From an uncultured bacterium (GTDB lineage: Bacteria; Chloroflexota; UBA5177; JANWHV01), in assembly GCA_963729625.1 (NCBI GenBank), contig CAVSOU010000010.1, forward strand, positions 1,120,001 to 1,184,000: DNA of 64,000 nt. Direction: 5' to 3'. The translations under genes were made by a program, and so were the position numbers. Shown piece by piece: positions 9,811 through 21,038 of this stretch. Every line of letters starts with the position of its first letter. Within the stretch, counting starts at the first letter, position 1. Below the pieces are notes generated by a model. The model searched no databases. It was not told the DNA's origin and saw nothing but the letters and a program-made list of their open reading frames with translations.

Positions 9811-10773
9811 TTACGCGTGAACGAATGAAGCTTGGGCCGCTACATCTTTCAGCAGTCCGTGCCTGCGCAGGACGGTCCTGATCTCGTCCCGCTGTGCAGT
9901 GTTGGGCGTCGAATAGGGCTCGGACGGACGGCCGCTGCCAAAGCCGAGATCGCCACAGGCGGCGATGAGCGCTGCAAGCAACTGGCCCTGAAAGAACAGG
10001 GAATAGAGATCGGTGATACGCTCCTGCAACTGCAGGCACGTCTGAATGTCGCCGCGGTGGCCCGCTCGCACGAGATCCACGAAGTAATGCGGAGCCACGT
10101 TGGCGAGGCCCGCGATCACCCCGTCGCCGCCCAGCAGCATGCTGGCCGCCATCACGCGCTCCGCCCCTTGCAGCACGCGGAAATCCGGGCGCTGCCGCTT
10201 GAGCGCAAGGTGGCTCTGGAAGACGGTCATGTCGGCAGAAGTGTCCTTGATCGCCAGGACGCGGGGCTCGCGAGCCAGCCCGGCAACGGTATCAGGGTAA
10301 ATAGGGTAGCCCGTGCACTGCGGAATATTATAGAGCACCACCGGGAGCTTCACCGCGGCCAGAATGGCCTCGACATGTCGCAGCTGTTCCGCGGTCGCCA
10401 CCGAATTGTAGTAGGGGGTACCGGCCACGATCGCGTCGGCACCCTCTGCCTCTGCCCGACGCGCGGCTTCCCGCGCGGGGCCGGTGGCCGGCAGCATGCA
10501 GCCGGCCAGCACCGGAACGCGCCCGTCCGTGGCGGCAACCACCGCTCGCAGCGCAACGCTGCGCTCCTCGGTGGTCAGCCACGGTCCCAAGCCGCAGCCG
10601 CCGATCGCGAAGATGCCGCTGCAGCCGGCCTCCAGCACATGGTTTACCAGGGCGCCTGCCGCGCCCTCATCCACTTCTCCGTTTTGCTTGAGCGGCGTGA
10701 TGACTGGAGGTACCACGCCACACAGCGCCTCGGTCCACGTCCATTGCTTGGTTTGCGGTTGTGCCAAACTCAT
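9811..10773 (-). CDS. DapA/NAL-family class I aldolase (#1)
   Basis: GVVPPVITP, VLYNIPQCTG, Schiff-base lysine in AIKDTS. Confidence 0.9.
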   Translation of the reverse strand: MSLAQPQTKQWTWTEALCGVVPPVITPLKQNGEVDEGAAGALVNHVLEAGCSGIFAIGGCGLGPWLTTEERSVALRAVVAATDGRVPVLAGCMLPATGPAREAARRAEAEGADAIVAGTPYYNSVATAEQLRHVEAILAAVKLPVVLYNIPQCTGYPIYPDTVAGLAREPRVLAIKDTSADMTVFQSHLALKRQRPDFRVLQGAERVMAASMLLGGDGVIAGLANVAPHYFVDLVRAGHRGDIQTCLQLQERITDLYSLFFQGQLLAALIAACGDLGFGSGRPSEPYSTPNTAQRDEIRTVLRRHGLLKDVAAQASFVHA

Positions 10774-10955
10774 GCTTCTTCCATCTTTCTATCTGAACTC
10801 TGTGTCACACTGTCAGCCGCGTATGTCCAGACCGCGCCAACCATCCTGATCAAGACCAGCCTGTCAGCTACAAAAGGTCACGCTCGCCGCGACCACAGTT
10901 CCCAATGGCGCCGATACGACTCGACTCATGCTGCAACGAATCATTGCTGGCATAG

Positions 10956-11945
10956 CTAAGAGGAACGGCCCGTGCCCACGCGCTTTTCCCACACAGCAGG
11001 ATTGACAAGACCTATCGGTCGCTTGCCACGCAAGATGGCCAGTACCGCCTCCGCAGCCATCGTTCCTCCCGCCACCCGCATCGCTTCAGTGCGGCCGGCA
11101 GCATGCGGAGTCAGCACAACATTGTCCAGTTCGGCAAAGCGCCCCCCCGTGCTGGGCTCGACTACCCGCACGTCAAGTCCTGCACCGGCAATCCGTTCGT
11201 TTCGCAGAACGTCGTACAACGCATCCTCATCGACAAGACCACCCCGTGCCGTGTTGATCAAATACGCTGTCGGCTTCATCAGGGCGAGACGACGGGCGTC
11301 GACAAGGCCGGCAGTGCTTGCCAGGAGCGGCGCATGCAGTGAAACGAAATCACTCTCGCGGAACAGGTCGTCAAGATCGACCAACTCGACGCCAAATTCT
11401 GCCACAAACGCGGTATCGGGCGCCGGTTCGAAGGCGAGTACGCGCATGTCGAACCCTTTGGCCCGGCGAACAACTGCCTTCCCGATACCACCCAGGCCGA
11501 CCACACCCAGCGTCTGGCGAAAGACGTCCGCGCGCACCAGCCCCAGCCACGCTCCCCGGCGTATTGCCTGGTCGTCGCGGATGATGCGGTGTGCCAACAC
11601 CAGCATCAGACCGAATGTGTGGTCGGCAACCGGCTCCGTGTTTGCGCCGGGCGTGACGGTGACGATGACTTCACGTTTCGTCGCTGCCTCGACGTCGACC
11701 GAGTTGTAGCCGACGCCGTGACGGGCAACGTGTCGCAGCATGGGGACGGCTGCGAAGATCTCGTCCGTATACGGCTCGTCTCCACAAATCGTCGCCACGC
11801 AGCCACCTGCCAGCTCGATGAGCTCCGCAGAATTGGCCGGCCTTCGCGGCGCATAGCGCAGGTCAACGCCCCCCTGCTCGAGCATGCTGACGCCGCCGCT
11901 GTCGCCAGGCTTCAGCATGTCAGTCGTGATCAGGACCGTCGGCAT
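10956..11945 (-). CDS. D-2-hydroxyacid (phosphoglycerate dehydrogenase-like) dehydrogenase
   Basis: GVGYNSVD, GVVGLGGIG, LINTARG, LDVRVVEP, LTPHAAG. Confidence 0.93.
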   Translation of the reverse strand: MPTVLITTDMLKPGDSGGVSMLEQGGVDLRYAPRRPANSAELIELAGGCVATICGDEPYTDEIFAAVPMLRHVARHGVGYNSVDVEAATKREVIVTVTPGANTEPVADHTFGLMLVLAHRIIRDDQAIRRGAWLGLVRADVFRQTLGVVGLGGIGKAVVRRAKGFDMRVLAFEPAPDTAFVAEFGVELVDLDDLFRESDFVSLHAPLLASTAGLVDARRLALMKPTAYLINTARGGLVDEDALYDVLRNERIAGAGLDVRVVEPSTGGRFAELDNVVLTPHAAGRTEAMRVAGGTMAAEAVLAILRGKRPIGLVNPAVWEKRVGTGRSS

Positions 11946-11969
11946 AAGCCACCCTCCCTAAGCCGCTCG

Positions 11970-12962
11970 CTACACCGAAATGGCGGGACGTGCATAGCGG
12001 CCAAAGCGCTCGCCCGCAGCCAGGTACGCCCGGTAGTTGGCCTCCGGCATCGTAATCAACGTGTCCGGCGCCAGAATGAATCCGCCCCCTGGGGCGAGCA
12101 GGTCGATGCGAGCCTTCACCTCGGCCTCGACCTCCTCAGGCGTGCCGAGCGTCAAGATTCGCTGGGTGTCCATGCCACCCAGCAGGCACAACCGGTCGCC
12201 ATAGAGACGCTTGGCTGCAGCCTGATCGTTGGCCATCACCTGCACGGGGTCCAGGATGTCCACGCCAATCTCGACCAGGTCAGGCAGGATCTCCATGACT
12301 CGACCGCATGAGTGCAGCCAAAAGAGAGCGCCACCATCCTTCGCGGCCCTAACGATGCGCGCCAGCTCGGGTTTGATGAACGTGCGCCAGAGACGTGGCC
12401 CCAGAAGCATAGAGCGCTGCGTCCCGTAGTCGTCCAGGCCACGGATAATATCGACGCCCATGGCCAGGTAACGCTGGATGATACCGATCTGATAGTCGGC
12501 GATGCGCTGCAGGAGCACGTGCATCTGTTCCGGCCGATCTATCAGCGCGAGGAGGAAGTTATCCATGCCCATCAGGGTGTGCGCCCGATCCTGGACCGGA
12601 AACATTAGCTCGCCGGTGACAAGCACCTGACGTCTATCCACACCGTCGTAGAGACCGTCCATCATGCCCGGTTCATCCGGATCCGGGAACGAATAGGAGT
12701 CCAGACGGTCCAGGTCCTGCAGCGGATGGTGCACAGGGTAGCCCTGGATCTCGGGTTCAAAGTCGGATTTCGCGGCAATGCCGCCGGCCCAGGTCACGCC
12801 CCAGCGATCGGTTCCACTGAGCAGCGCCCGGCTGTTCCGGTAGATCAGGCGAACCATGCCGGGAACACTGCCGTCCAGCCGCCGAACCGGAACGTACTCT
12901 GGGTCGTTGTGCATGATTGCTCGCAGCAAGTTTTCGCGCTCGCTCAGGTTCGTGTTCGTCAC
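11970..12962 (-). CDS. URO-D/MtaA family protein (#2)
   Basis: DRWGVTW, DDYGTQRSML, HSCG, DILDPVQ, GGMDTQ..L..GTPEEV, APGGGFILAP. Confidence 0.9.
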   Translation of the reverse strand: MTNTNLSERENLLRAIMHNDPEYVPVRRLDGSVPGMVRLIYRNSRALLSGTDRWGVTWAGGIAAKSDFEPEIQGYPVHHPLQDLDRLDSYSFPDPDEPGMMDGLYDGVDRRQVLVTGELMFPVQDRAHTLMGMDNFLLALIDRPEQMHVLLQRIADYQIGIIQRYLAMGVDIIRGLDDYGTQRSMLLGPRLWRTFIKPELARIVRAAKDGGALFWLHSCGRVMEILPDLVEIGVDILDPVQVMANDQAAAKRLYGDRLCLLGGMDTQRILTLGTPEEVEAEVKARIDLLAPGGGFILAPDTLITMPEANYRAYLAAGERFGRYARPAISV

Positions 12963-13043
12963 GCGCCCTCCGCTCCGCCGTCACCAGTCATCGCTCGCTC
13001 CCCACCTGGACCAATCCTTGCATCCACGCATTCCCAGCATCGA

Positions 13044-13788
<745 letters not shown>

Positions 13789-13891
13789 TGCTCACCATCT
13801 CCGTTCGCAATGACCTTGACCGGATGATTGCGCGAGATATGGGCAGTACCAGGCGCTCCGTCGCAACGCTTGACGCGCCAGGGAGCGAGAC

Positions 13892-15034
13892 TCATCCGCC
13901 ATTGGCGGTCTCCTCAACGCGCACCGGATACGTGCCGAACTGTTCGACCAATTCGGTAATGCGCTCTATGCGTTCGATGAGGCACAAAGGCATCGTGTTG
14001 TCCGCCACACCCAGAATGAAGCTATCGCCCGGCGCGACCGTGCGGAACACGTTGCGAACAAACTCCTCGAACTCCTCCCATGGCGTCGTCGCCTCCAGCA
14101 GGATCGACGGCACTCCGCCCCAGATGATTACGTCATTGCCCCAGGATTCGCGTGCCTCGGCGAGGGTGCAACGGACCATCGGCTCCGTCGTGAAGCACTC
14201 AGCCATATCGAAGCCTGCTTCCTTGATATGAGGCAGAATTCGACGCGAGTTGTTGTCGGCATGGAACGCCAGCGACTTGCCGTGCTGGTGCAGAATGGCG
14301 GAGAACTCCCGGTAGTATGGAGTGATATATGGCTCGAAGTAGTGGGGAGGCGTCATTTGCGAGTCGAAGTGCACGCCGTGCAGGATCAGTCGGGCATCCG
14401 AGGCCGCGACCACCGGCCAAAGGCGCTCCCGCTCACAGTCGGTCATCACGCGTAACAGGCGCTCCACGCGCTGCGGCCGATCGAACAACTCAAGATAGGC
14501 GTGCTGGTACCCGGCAAGTGTCATCAAGTAGTTGTGGAACGGACAGTCACCCGCGTCGACCAGCGGCAAGCCGTCATCGCCGATCCATGCATCGTAGTCG
14601 CGGTAGGCTTCGGGCGTGGGATCGTAGAACGTGTGCTCGGCTACGTATTCCCAAATGTCGTAATCGTGTTCATCTTTGATCGGGAACTCGACGTCCATGG
14701 CGTCATCCGCGTAGCCAACCAGAGATGCCGCCAGCTCGGCCCTCTTGGTCGCGGTTCCGTGCGGCGTAACATACCGGGTAGTCCTGACTCTCCCCCTGTT
14801 GGTTGTTATGACCTCCATGCCCTCATAACGCACGACAAAAATGCGTCCCTCGCGCGCCGGTGTGCCTACCCCGAGAGCGCGCTCCACCTCTCGGAGTGAC
14901 ATGCCGGCGAAGCGCTCAGGCAGGTTGCCCTCGGCGCGGCGCGCGTTATACCAGAGCTGCAGCCGCGGAATCCACGGGATGCGATCGGGACTCTTGCGGT
15001 CGAGAATAGCCAGGAGCCGCTCACGATTTGTCAC
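13892..15034 (-). CDS. URO-D/MtaA family protein (#3, divergent)
   Basis: MTNRERLLAILDRKSPDRIP, EFPIK, FHADN, IWGGVP, FILGVADN. Confidence 0.85.
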   Translation of the reverse strand: MTNRERLLAILDRKSPDRIPWIPRLQLWYNARRAEGNLPERFAGMSLREVERALGVGTPAREGRIFVVRYEGMEVITTNRGRVRTTRYVTPHGTATKRAELAASLVGYADDAMDVEFPIKDEHDYDIWEYVAEHTFYDPTPEAYRDYDAWIGDDGLPLVDAGDCPFHNYLMTLAGYQHAYLELFDRPQRVERLLRVMTDCERERLWPVVAASDARLILHGVHFDSQMTPPHYFEPYITPYYREFSAILHQHGKSLAFHADNNSRRILPHIKEAGFDMAECFTTEPMVRCTLAEARESWGNDVIIWGGVPSILLEATTPWEEFEEFVRNVFRTVAPGDSFILGVADNTMPLCLIERIERITELVEQFGTYPVRVEETANGG

Positions 15035-15116
15035 GGATCCGTTCCCTCGGGAACGCGACGTGTATTCGGAGCAACGTCTGGCAAGATTCGCCCACTCGGC
15101 CTGATGCGAAGCGCCC

Positions 15117-16238
15117 TCAACTGCCTGCTCGCACGCTGTTAAGCTGCTGGGCGGCGCGCATCATGGCCATGTAGTTGGCGTGCTGAACGCCGACCATCAC
15201 GCTATTGCCACACGTGAGCACGAGGCCGCCGGAACGCGGCGCGCTCTCGAATGCCACGCGCACCTCCTCCTCGACCTCCGCCTCGGTGCCGGCGACCAAA
15301 GTATCGACGTCCACGCCGCCCCAGAAGCAGAGACGGCCGCCGTAGCGCTCTTGCAGCGCGGGAAGGGTCATGCCAAGGCGTGGCTGTATTCCTTGCCAGC
15401 CGTCAATCCCCGCCTCGACCAGCATGTCCAGTAAGGCCCACATATTGCCATCGGTGTGCTTGATCAAGTACTTGCCCTTGGCGTGCGCGGCATCGCACTC
15501 GGCCTTGAGCCAGGGAAACATGAACCTGCGAAACATCCGCGGGGACATAAACGGGCCGCTATTGCCGGCCAGATCGCTGGTAGGCAGCACGGCGTCACAG
15601 CCGGCGTCCAGGAGTGCGTCGGCTACGGCAATGCAGTGCTTCGTCTCCACTTCGACGATGCGGGCCACGACGTCAGGATGGTCCACCATGTTGCGCAGCA
15701 CGTACTCGAATGTATAGCGCACGATCGGGAATATGCCGTCGCCGGGCCGCCCCAGGATGAAGTGGGTGCCACCCATCTCCTTCACCACGTACCGCACCAG
15801 TTCCAGCTCCGACTCGTCGGGCTCAAAGGGGATCTCCTGGATATCGTCCACGGTCACGTCGGGTTGATCCACGAGCATTGCGTGGCCCTGGCTTTCGGGC
15901 GAGTAGACGAAGACGCGCCCATCTGGATCCCGCCACTTGTAGGTATCCAGGAACTCTGGCACGACCGGCGGCTGGAGACAGGACGGCACCAAGAAGGCTG
16001 GAACAACGTCGTGGTCGAGCGCTCGGGCTAGGTCGACGATGTCACGCTTGCATGAGTCGACATAGTCATCTCGCCTGCCTTGCCACAGCGCGGTGAACTC
16101 CTTCCACTTAGCTCGGTACAGCGTGGGGTGGCCGAGCACCTGCTCGGTGATGGCAAAATCAATGCCGGTTTCTCCGACCGGAATGCGATCCGGGTGACCA
16201 AAGTCCAGTGCGGCTATCACGCGTTCCTTGGGCAGCAT
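15117..16238 (-). CDS. URO-D/MtaA family protein (#4)
   Basis: PKERVIAAL...PDRIP, DLAGNSGPFMSP, KHTDGN, CFWGGVD, GGLVLTCGNS; start at MLPKER. Confidence 0.88.
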   Translation of the reverse strand: MLPKERVIAALDFGHPDRIPVGETGIDFAITEQVLGHPTLYRAKWKEFTALWQGRRDDYVDSCKRDIVDLARALDHDVVPAFLVPSCLQPPVVPEFLDTYKWRDPDGRVFVYSPESQGHAMLVDQPDVTVDDIQEIPFEPDESELELVRYVVKEMGGTHFILGRPGDGIFPIVRYTFEYVLRNMVDHPDVVARIVEVETKHCIAVADALLDAGCDAVLPTSDLAGNSGPFMSPRMFRRFMFPWLKAECDAAHAKGKYLIKHTDGNMWALLDMLVEAGIDGWQGIQPRLGMTLPALQERYGGRLCFWGGVDVDTLVAGTEAEVEEEVRVAFESAPRSGGLVLTCGNSVMVGVQHANYMAMMRAAQQLNSVRAGS

Positions 16239-16260
16239 AGTACTCTCCAGTGCTCGACCG

Positions 16261-17001
16261 CTAACCTGGGTTTCGGCCAGCCTTCGCCGGCAGGGCATCG
16301 CGCCCCGACCGATTCGGCTTCAGCCGCTCATCCATGCTGGTAAAGTGGGGAACCAGGAGTCGGCTGGCCGCCTCACCGTCCCTGGCCTCCAGCGCGTGCA
16401 AGATCTGCTCGTGGCTCTGGGCCTCCTGGTGGGGGTCCCGCACCTCAAGAAGGGAGCGATCTCGCAGGTGCTTGTATACATCCCAGAACACATCCAGGAG
16501 TTTGATCAGCAGCCGATTGCCGCCCGCCCCGTAGATCGTGCGATGAAAGGCGATGTCTTCCTCGAGGAAGATGCGGCCCTGATCCGCCCTGCGATACATC
16601 GCTTCGACCAACGCACGCAGGTTATCCAGCGTGCCCTCATTCATGGCGGCCGCGGCGTCGGCAATGAAGCTTATCTCCAGTCGTTCACGTACTTCCAGCA
16701 CTTCACGGACGTCTTCGACGTCAAAGAGCATGCTGTAGTTCAGGTTCTGCACGATAGGATCCAGGTTGAAGCTGTTGACGTAGTGACCTTCCCCGCGCCG
16801 CGACGTGATCACGCCTAACGACTGCAGCGATCGCAGGGCCTCGCGCACACCGGAGCGACTCACGCGGAGCTGCGCGGCCAGCCGTGCTTCGGTGGGCAGC
16901 GGGTCTCCGGCCCGGAGCCTGTTCGTGATGATGTAGTCCTTGACGCCAGCGACAAGGGCATCATGGACTGTCGGCATCTCGATCTGTCTCAACGTTTCCA
17001 T
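16261..17001 (-). CDS. FadR/GntR family transcriptional regulator
   Basis: GDPLPTEARLA..L.VSR..VREAL wHTH; FCD domain with DIAFH and N.LL. Confidence 0.93.
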   Translation of the reverse strand: METLRQIEMPTVHDALVAGVKDYIITNRLRAGDPLPTEARLAAQLRVSRSGVREALRSLQSLGVITSRRGEGHYVNSFNLDPIVQNLNYSMLFDVEDVREVLEVRERLEISFIADAAAAMNEGTLDNLRALVEAMYRRADQGRIFLEEDIAFHRTIYGAGGNRLLIKLLDVFWDVYKHLRDRSLLEVRDPHQEAQSHEQILHALEARDGEAASRLLVPHFTSMDERLKPNRSGRDALPAKAGRNPG

Positions 17002-17091
17002 CGGCTCGTCACTTACCCTGGAACACGACATCCTGCTAGGCGGCGGCACGCCAGCCACTCCTGGTCCGGCACAACGCGACTGGAGCGAACC

Positions 17092-18282
17092 TCACGCATC
17101 AACGCCTTCTTGTCCAAGCCCCCATGCGAATTTCGACAGGATCTCCGGACCGTCCGCTGTGACCAGAACCATCTTCTCTGTCCGCGCGCCTGTGCTCCCG
17201 CCCTGGCCTGCGTACGCGCCCGGCTCGACGGCGAAGACCATGCCGGGCTCGATCGGCGTGTGGTCGTGTGGGACCAATCGAGGCAACTCGTTGACGCACG
17301 CACCGATGCCGTGACCGGCATAATGCGCGACTGGTAGACCGTGGCGCGCCAGGCTCGCCCGTGCCGCCTCGTAGGCATCCAATGCACGATTGCCCGGACG
17401 AAGGGCAAGCATCGCCGCCTCGCAGGCGTCTCGTGCCGCGGTAAAGTAGCGCAGCTGATCCGCCGTGGGATCACCGACAACCAACGTGTTGCAGCAATCG
17501 GCATAGTAGCCATTCACCCACGGACTGATGTCGCAAATGATGGTATCGCCGTGCTCGACGTTCCGCGCCCGCGGCCCGCCCGGGTATTCAACGACCGCCG
17601 TGCGCGTGCCGGCCACCAACTCGCCGGTAATGGGCACCGCTCCGCCTGCCTCCGCTTCAATTGCCGCACACAGCGCATTCCACAGGCTGAGCTCGCTGAC
17701 GTCGCCTCTCGCCTCACGCATCAAGGCTTGTTGTCCCGCGTCTGCAGCCCGTGCAGCCCGGCGTAGCAGCGCAATCTCACGCGGACTCTTCACCATTCTG
17801 GCCCGCGCGATAGCCGCGCTGGCATCACGCAGCGCAACCTGTGGATATCGCTCGGCCACGTGCGCCATCGTCAACGCCGGAAGACTGCGCGGCTCGAACC
17901 CCAAGACTACCGGGGCGTGACGAGGCAGCACACTCTGCAGAAGCTTGTCGAATCCGGAGAGGTATTCTGAACGCGCATTCAGCGATGTGAGATGATCGAA
18001 CGCCGAGTAGACAGTGAGGACGTCGACCCGGCCGTCGATTCTTGCGGCGCCGGCTTCCGATCCGGATACGAGCAGTCCAGATGCATCTGCCCCTATCGCG
18101 GCGAGGACCGGCCCGCCGGCGAACGCGTTGCCTGCGCCGATCGGTAGCGGAACGGCGAAACCCGTAGCGAAGCAGATGCTTCCCGGCTCGGAAAGCAGCG
18201 CACCGTGAAGACCTTCCGCGGCAAGCGCTTCCCTCAATCGAACCACTTCCATCCCGAAGCCTGGCAGCCCATCCATAGCCAT
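17092..18282 (-). CDS. M24 (Xaa-Pro peptidase/creatinase) family protein
   Basis: RMVKS..EI, CDISP, YADCCNT, HYAGHGIG, AVEPG, RTE; start uncertain (18276, 18282 or 18330). Confidence 0.88.
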   Translation of the reverse strand: MAMDGLPGFGMEVVRLREALAAEGLHGALLSEPGSICFATGFAVPLPIGAGNAFAGGPVLAAIGADASGLLVSGSEAGAARIDGRVDVLTVYSAFDHLTSLNARSEYLSGFDKLLQSVLPRHAPVVLGFEPRSLPALTMAHVAERYPQVALRDASAAIARARMVKSPREIALLRRAARAADAGQQALMREARGDVSELSLWNALCAAIEAEAGGAVPITGELVAGTRTAVVEYPGGPRARNVEHGDTIICDISPWVNGYYADCCNTLVVGDPTADQLRYFTAARDACEAAMLALRPGNRALDAYEAARASLARHGLPVAHYAGHGIGACVNELPRLVPHDHTPIEPGMVFAVEPGAYAGQGGSTGARTEKMVLVTADGPEILSKFAWGLGQEGVDA

Positions 18283-18298
18283 CCCCCGAACAGTTACG

Positions 18299-19591
18299 TC
18301 AGTGATCGAAAAGGTTTCCGTCGTCATCAAACCGTGGAGGCGCGAGCGGGCTGTCGACCCTCAGCTGCCCATTGGCATGCACGTCGTCCAGCAAGGCCTC
18401 CGACACCCAGAAACTCTCGAGATGGAGCGTATCCTCCAGGCGCAGCAGGCGTTTCTCCCGGTCGACGACGTTGCAGGTCTGCAACGCCGCAGCGAGCGCC
18501 AGGCGGTCTGACGGCAGCACCATAGGCATGGCCACGGGCCGCACCACGGTTGACGTCAGGGCATTCGCGTACATGGCAGCAAGCGACATCTTTCGCGCAG
18601 CATGTATTGTAGTAAAGTCCGCGGTGCCGAGGCCGCACGCGTTTCCGTGCGTGGCCTCAGTAAGATCGAGCACGACCTGCTTGGTCACCGAAGGTCCGCC
18701 GCGCGCATATGGCGTAGGATAGCATCCGGTGATGTTGGGGTCGGCTCCGTCCCCGCTGATGTCCTTACCAATGCGATCGATCACAAGCACGTCGAGTTGA
18801 TCAAATGGGATGTGGGCCATCGCGGCGCGTGCTTCATCGAGTAATGGCGGCTCTGCCTCGAGGATACGGTTAGCCGGCACGAGTTCCACCCTGAACGGCT
18901 GGTCATAGGCGTTCTCGAGCACCGCAAGGGCAAACCTGAAGGGCGCCTTGGCCAGTGCAACGGCCGCGAGTGCCGGTACATGCCGGTGCATCTCGCCGAA
19001 TCCCTCCGCATGGCAAGCCGAGGCGCCCTCCTGCTTGCCAAAGCCGATGGCGATCATTTTGGCAAGTCCACTCTCATAAGGCCCGCGGAAGGACGTGTGC
19101 GGCTTGACTCGCGCCACAAAGACGATACCATCCGCTGCCGCTGCCAGACGATCGAGTCTCACCGGCGTGCCGTCTGGCGTGATGCCAACCTGCACCGTCT
19201 CCATCTGAGCGCGGATGGGCGCGCCGACGCGATCTTCCGTTACGCCCAAACTGTGCAGCATCTCACGCTGTCCTGCCGCCGTTGCCCCGGCATGACTTCC
19301 CATGGCTGGGACTATATAAGGATCGGCGCCGAGATCACGAAGGCTCCGCACGAGCGCGGCGACAAGCTCGGGCAAGCGCGCGATGCCTCGACTACCGACC
19401 CCGATGGCAATACGCTGTCCGGGAGCGACCATCGAGCGCGCGGCGCGCACCTGAGCACAGACCAGCGCATCGACGTCGCCCAGTGCCGGAGGCGTCACCA
19501 TGTCATAGTGCACCCGCGCCATGAGCGGCATCGGCACGGCGCCGAGCAGCTCGTGGAGCATCTGGTCCGGCGTTTCAATCTCAAGCTTCAT
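18299..19591 (-). CDS. Lactate racemase (LarA) domain / DUF2088-like protein
   Basis: IAIGVGSRGI, IVPAMGSHAGAT, RVKPHTSF.G.YESGLAKMIAIGFGK, GKDISGDG.D.NI.G. Confidence 0.8.
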   Translation of the reverse strand: MKLEIETPDQMLHELLGAVPMPLMARVHYDMVTPPALGDVDALVCAQVRAARSMVAPGQRIAIGVGSRGIARLPELVAALVRSLRDLGADPYIVPAMGSHAGATAAGQREMLHSLGVTEDRVGAPIRAQMETVQVGITPDGTPVRLDRLAAAADGIVFVARVKPHTSFRGPYESGLAKMIAIGFGKQEGASACHAEGFGEMHRHVPALAAVALAKAPFRFALAVLENAYDQPFRVELVPANRILEAEPPLLDEARAAMAHIPFDQLDVLVIDRIGKDISGDGADPNITGCYPTPYARGGPSVTKQVVLDLTEATHGNACGLGTADFTTIHAARKMSLAAMYANALTSTVVRPVAMPMVLPSDRLALAAALQTCNVVDREKRLLRLEDTLHLESFWVSEALLDDVHANGQLRVDSPLAPPRFDDDGNLFDH

Positions 19592-19670
19592 GCATCGCCC
19601 TCGGCTACCTTCCGCGCCCGATCAGAGATTGCAACCCCGCGCGAAGCCGCCGACCTTCCACGGGACCTTT

Positions 19671-19753
19671 GTCAACAGTATACTAGTCGAACAAGCGGCG
19701 TCAACCCACCGATTCTGTCAACAGTTGACCACGGTGCAATTCTGCGGTATGGT
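19671..19753. promoter_or_regulatory. Divergent promoters, each overlapped by an operator copy
   Basis: GTCAACAGTATAC (19671-83) with minus-strand TTGACG-16-TATACT; GTCAACAGTTGAC (19717-29) with plus-strand TTGACC-17-TATGGT. Confidence 0.75.
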
Positions 19754-19872
19754 TAGGGCTGCATTGCCGAGGCAGGGCGCATGTGTTGCCCCGCGTTGCC
19801 TGCGCCGACCGCGCCGGTCCATTCGTTCTGCCTGGAAGTCATCAGCAACGCGAGCCCGAGGGACGAAGAGCT

Positions 19873-20973
19873 ATGCACGACAGTGAGACTATCGTTCCGC
19901 GCGATATCGTCGTGTCCGCGGACAGCCTGCGCAGCTTCGCTACGGCGCTGCTCGCAGGCGCCGGCATGCCCGGAGATGAGGCGGAACTGGCGGCGCGTGT
20001 GATCATCGATGCCAATTTGCGCGGCGTGGACACACACGGCGCCTTCAATCTCAGGCCATATGCACGAAGACTCCACGCGGGGTTGATTAACCCCACACCG
20101 CATATGACGTTCGATCGACCGCGTACCGCCGTCGGCGTGGTCGACGCGGATGGGGGAATGGGGCAGGTTGCTACCATGCGCGCCATGGAGCATGCGGTCG
20201 ACATGGCGCGCGAAACCGGGGTCGCAACCGTCCTGGTCAAGAACTCCAATCATTTCGGCGCCGCGGCATATTACGTCAACTGGGCAGCGCAGCGGGACTG
20301 TATCGCCATGGTTTGGTCTCCCGCTGAATCCAGCGTGGTTCCCTTCAACGGCCGCAAACGCTTTTTCGGCACCAATCCTATTGCCATCTCAGCTCCGAGC
20401 GGAATCAAGTATCCTGGCTTCACCGTCGACATGGCCACAAGCGTCGTGGCCGGGGGCAAGTATCATAAGGCCGCGCTCGAGCACAAGTCTATCCCGGAAG
20501 GTTGGGTGATCGACAGCGATGGTCGACCGGTGACGCAGCCATCGGATGACATGACCGTCTTTGCCACCTACGCGGGCCTGCCAATGGGTGGCGCCAAGGG
20601 CTACGGCCTGGCGACGATGATCGAGTTCACCACCTCGCTTCTGATGGGAACCCAATGGGGACCGACCATTGTGCGATGGGGCGAGGACTACGATCACAAG
20701 GTGAGCTTGTCGCACTACGTGCAGGCGATGGATGTCGAGGCTTTCGAATCGATCGACGTTTACCGCGATCGTGTCGACGAGTTCTGCGCTGCACTCAAGG
20801 CCATTCAACCTATCGACGGGGTGGCCGAGGTGCTGTTGCCGGGTGAGCCAGAGCTCCGGATCTCCCGCAAGCGCTCCGTTTCCGGATGCCCACTGACGGC
20901 AAATACCGTGAAGATCTTGGAAGATGTCGCGGCAGAGCTCGGCGTGCCGTTCACGCTTCGAGATGGTAACTGA
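19873..20973 (+). CDS. Ldh_2 family (malate/L-lactate/L-sulfolactate/ureidoglycolate-type) oxidoreductase
   Basis: LRGVDTHG, NSNHFGAA, FGTNPIA, DMATS, KGYGL, LPGEPE. Confidence 0.92.
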   Translation: MHDSETIVPRDIVVSADSLRSFATALLAGAGMPGDEAELAARVIIDANLRGVDTHGAFNLRPYARRLHAGLINPTPHMTFDRPRTAVGVVDADGGMGQVATMRAMEHAVDMARETGVATVLVKNSNHFGAAAYYVNWAAQRDCIAMVWSPAESSVVPFNGRKRFFGTNPIAISAPSGIKYPGFTVDMATSVVAGGKYHKAALEHKSIPEGWVIDSDGRPVTQPSDDMTVFATYAGLPMGGAKGYGLATMIEFTTSLLMGTQWGPTIVRWGEDYDHKVSLSHYVQAMDVEAFESIDVYRDRVDEFCAALKAIQPIDGVAEVLLPGEPELRISRKRSVSGCPLTANTVKILEDVAAELGVPFTLRDGN

Positions 20974-21038
20974 ACCTCAGACACGCTGATTCGGCAGCCA
21001 CGACGGCTGCAAGAGTACAACACGCAGAGTTGGAGGCG

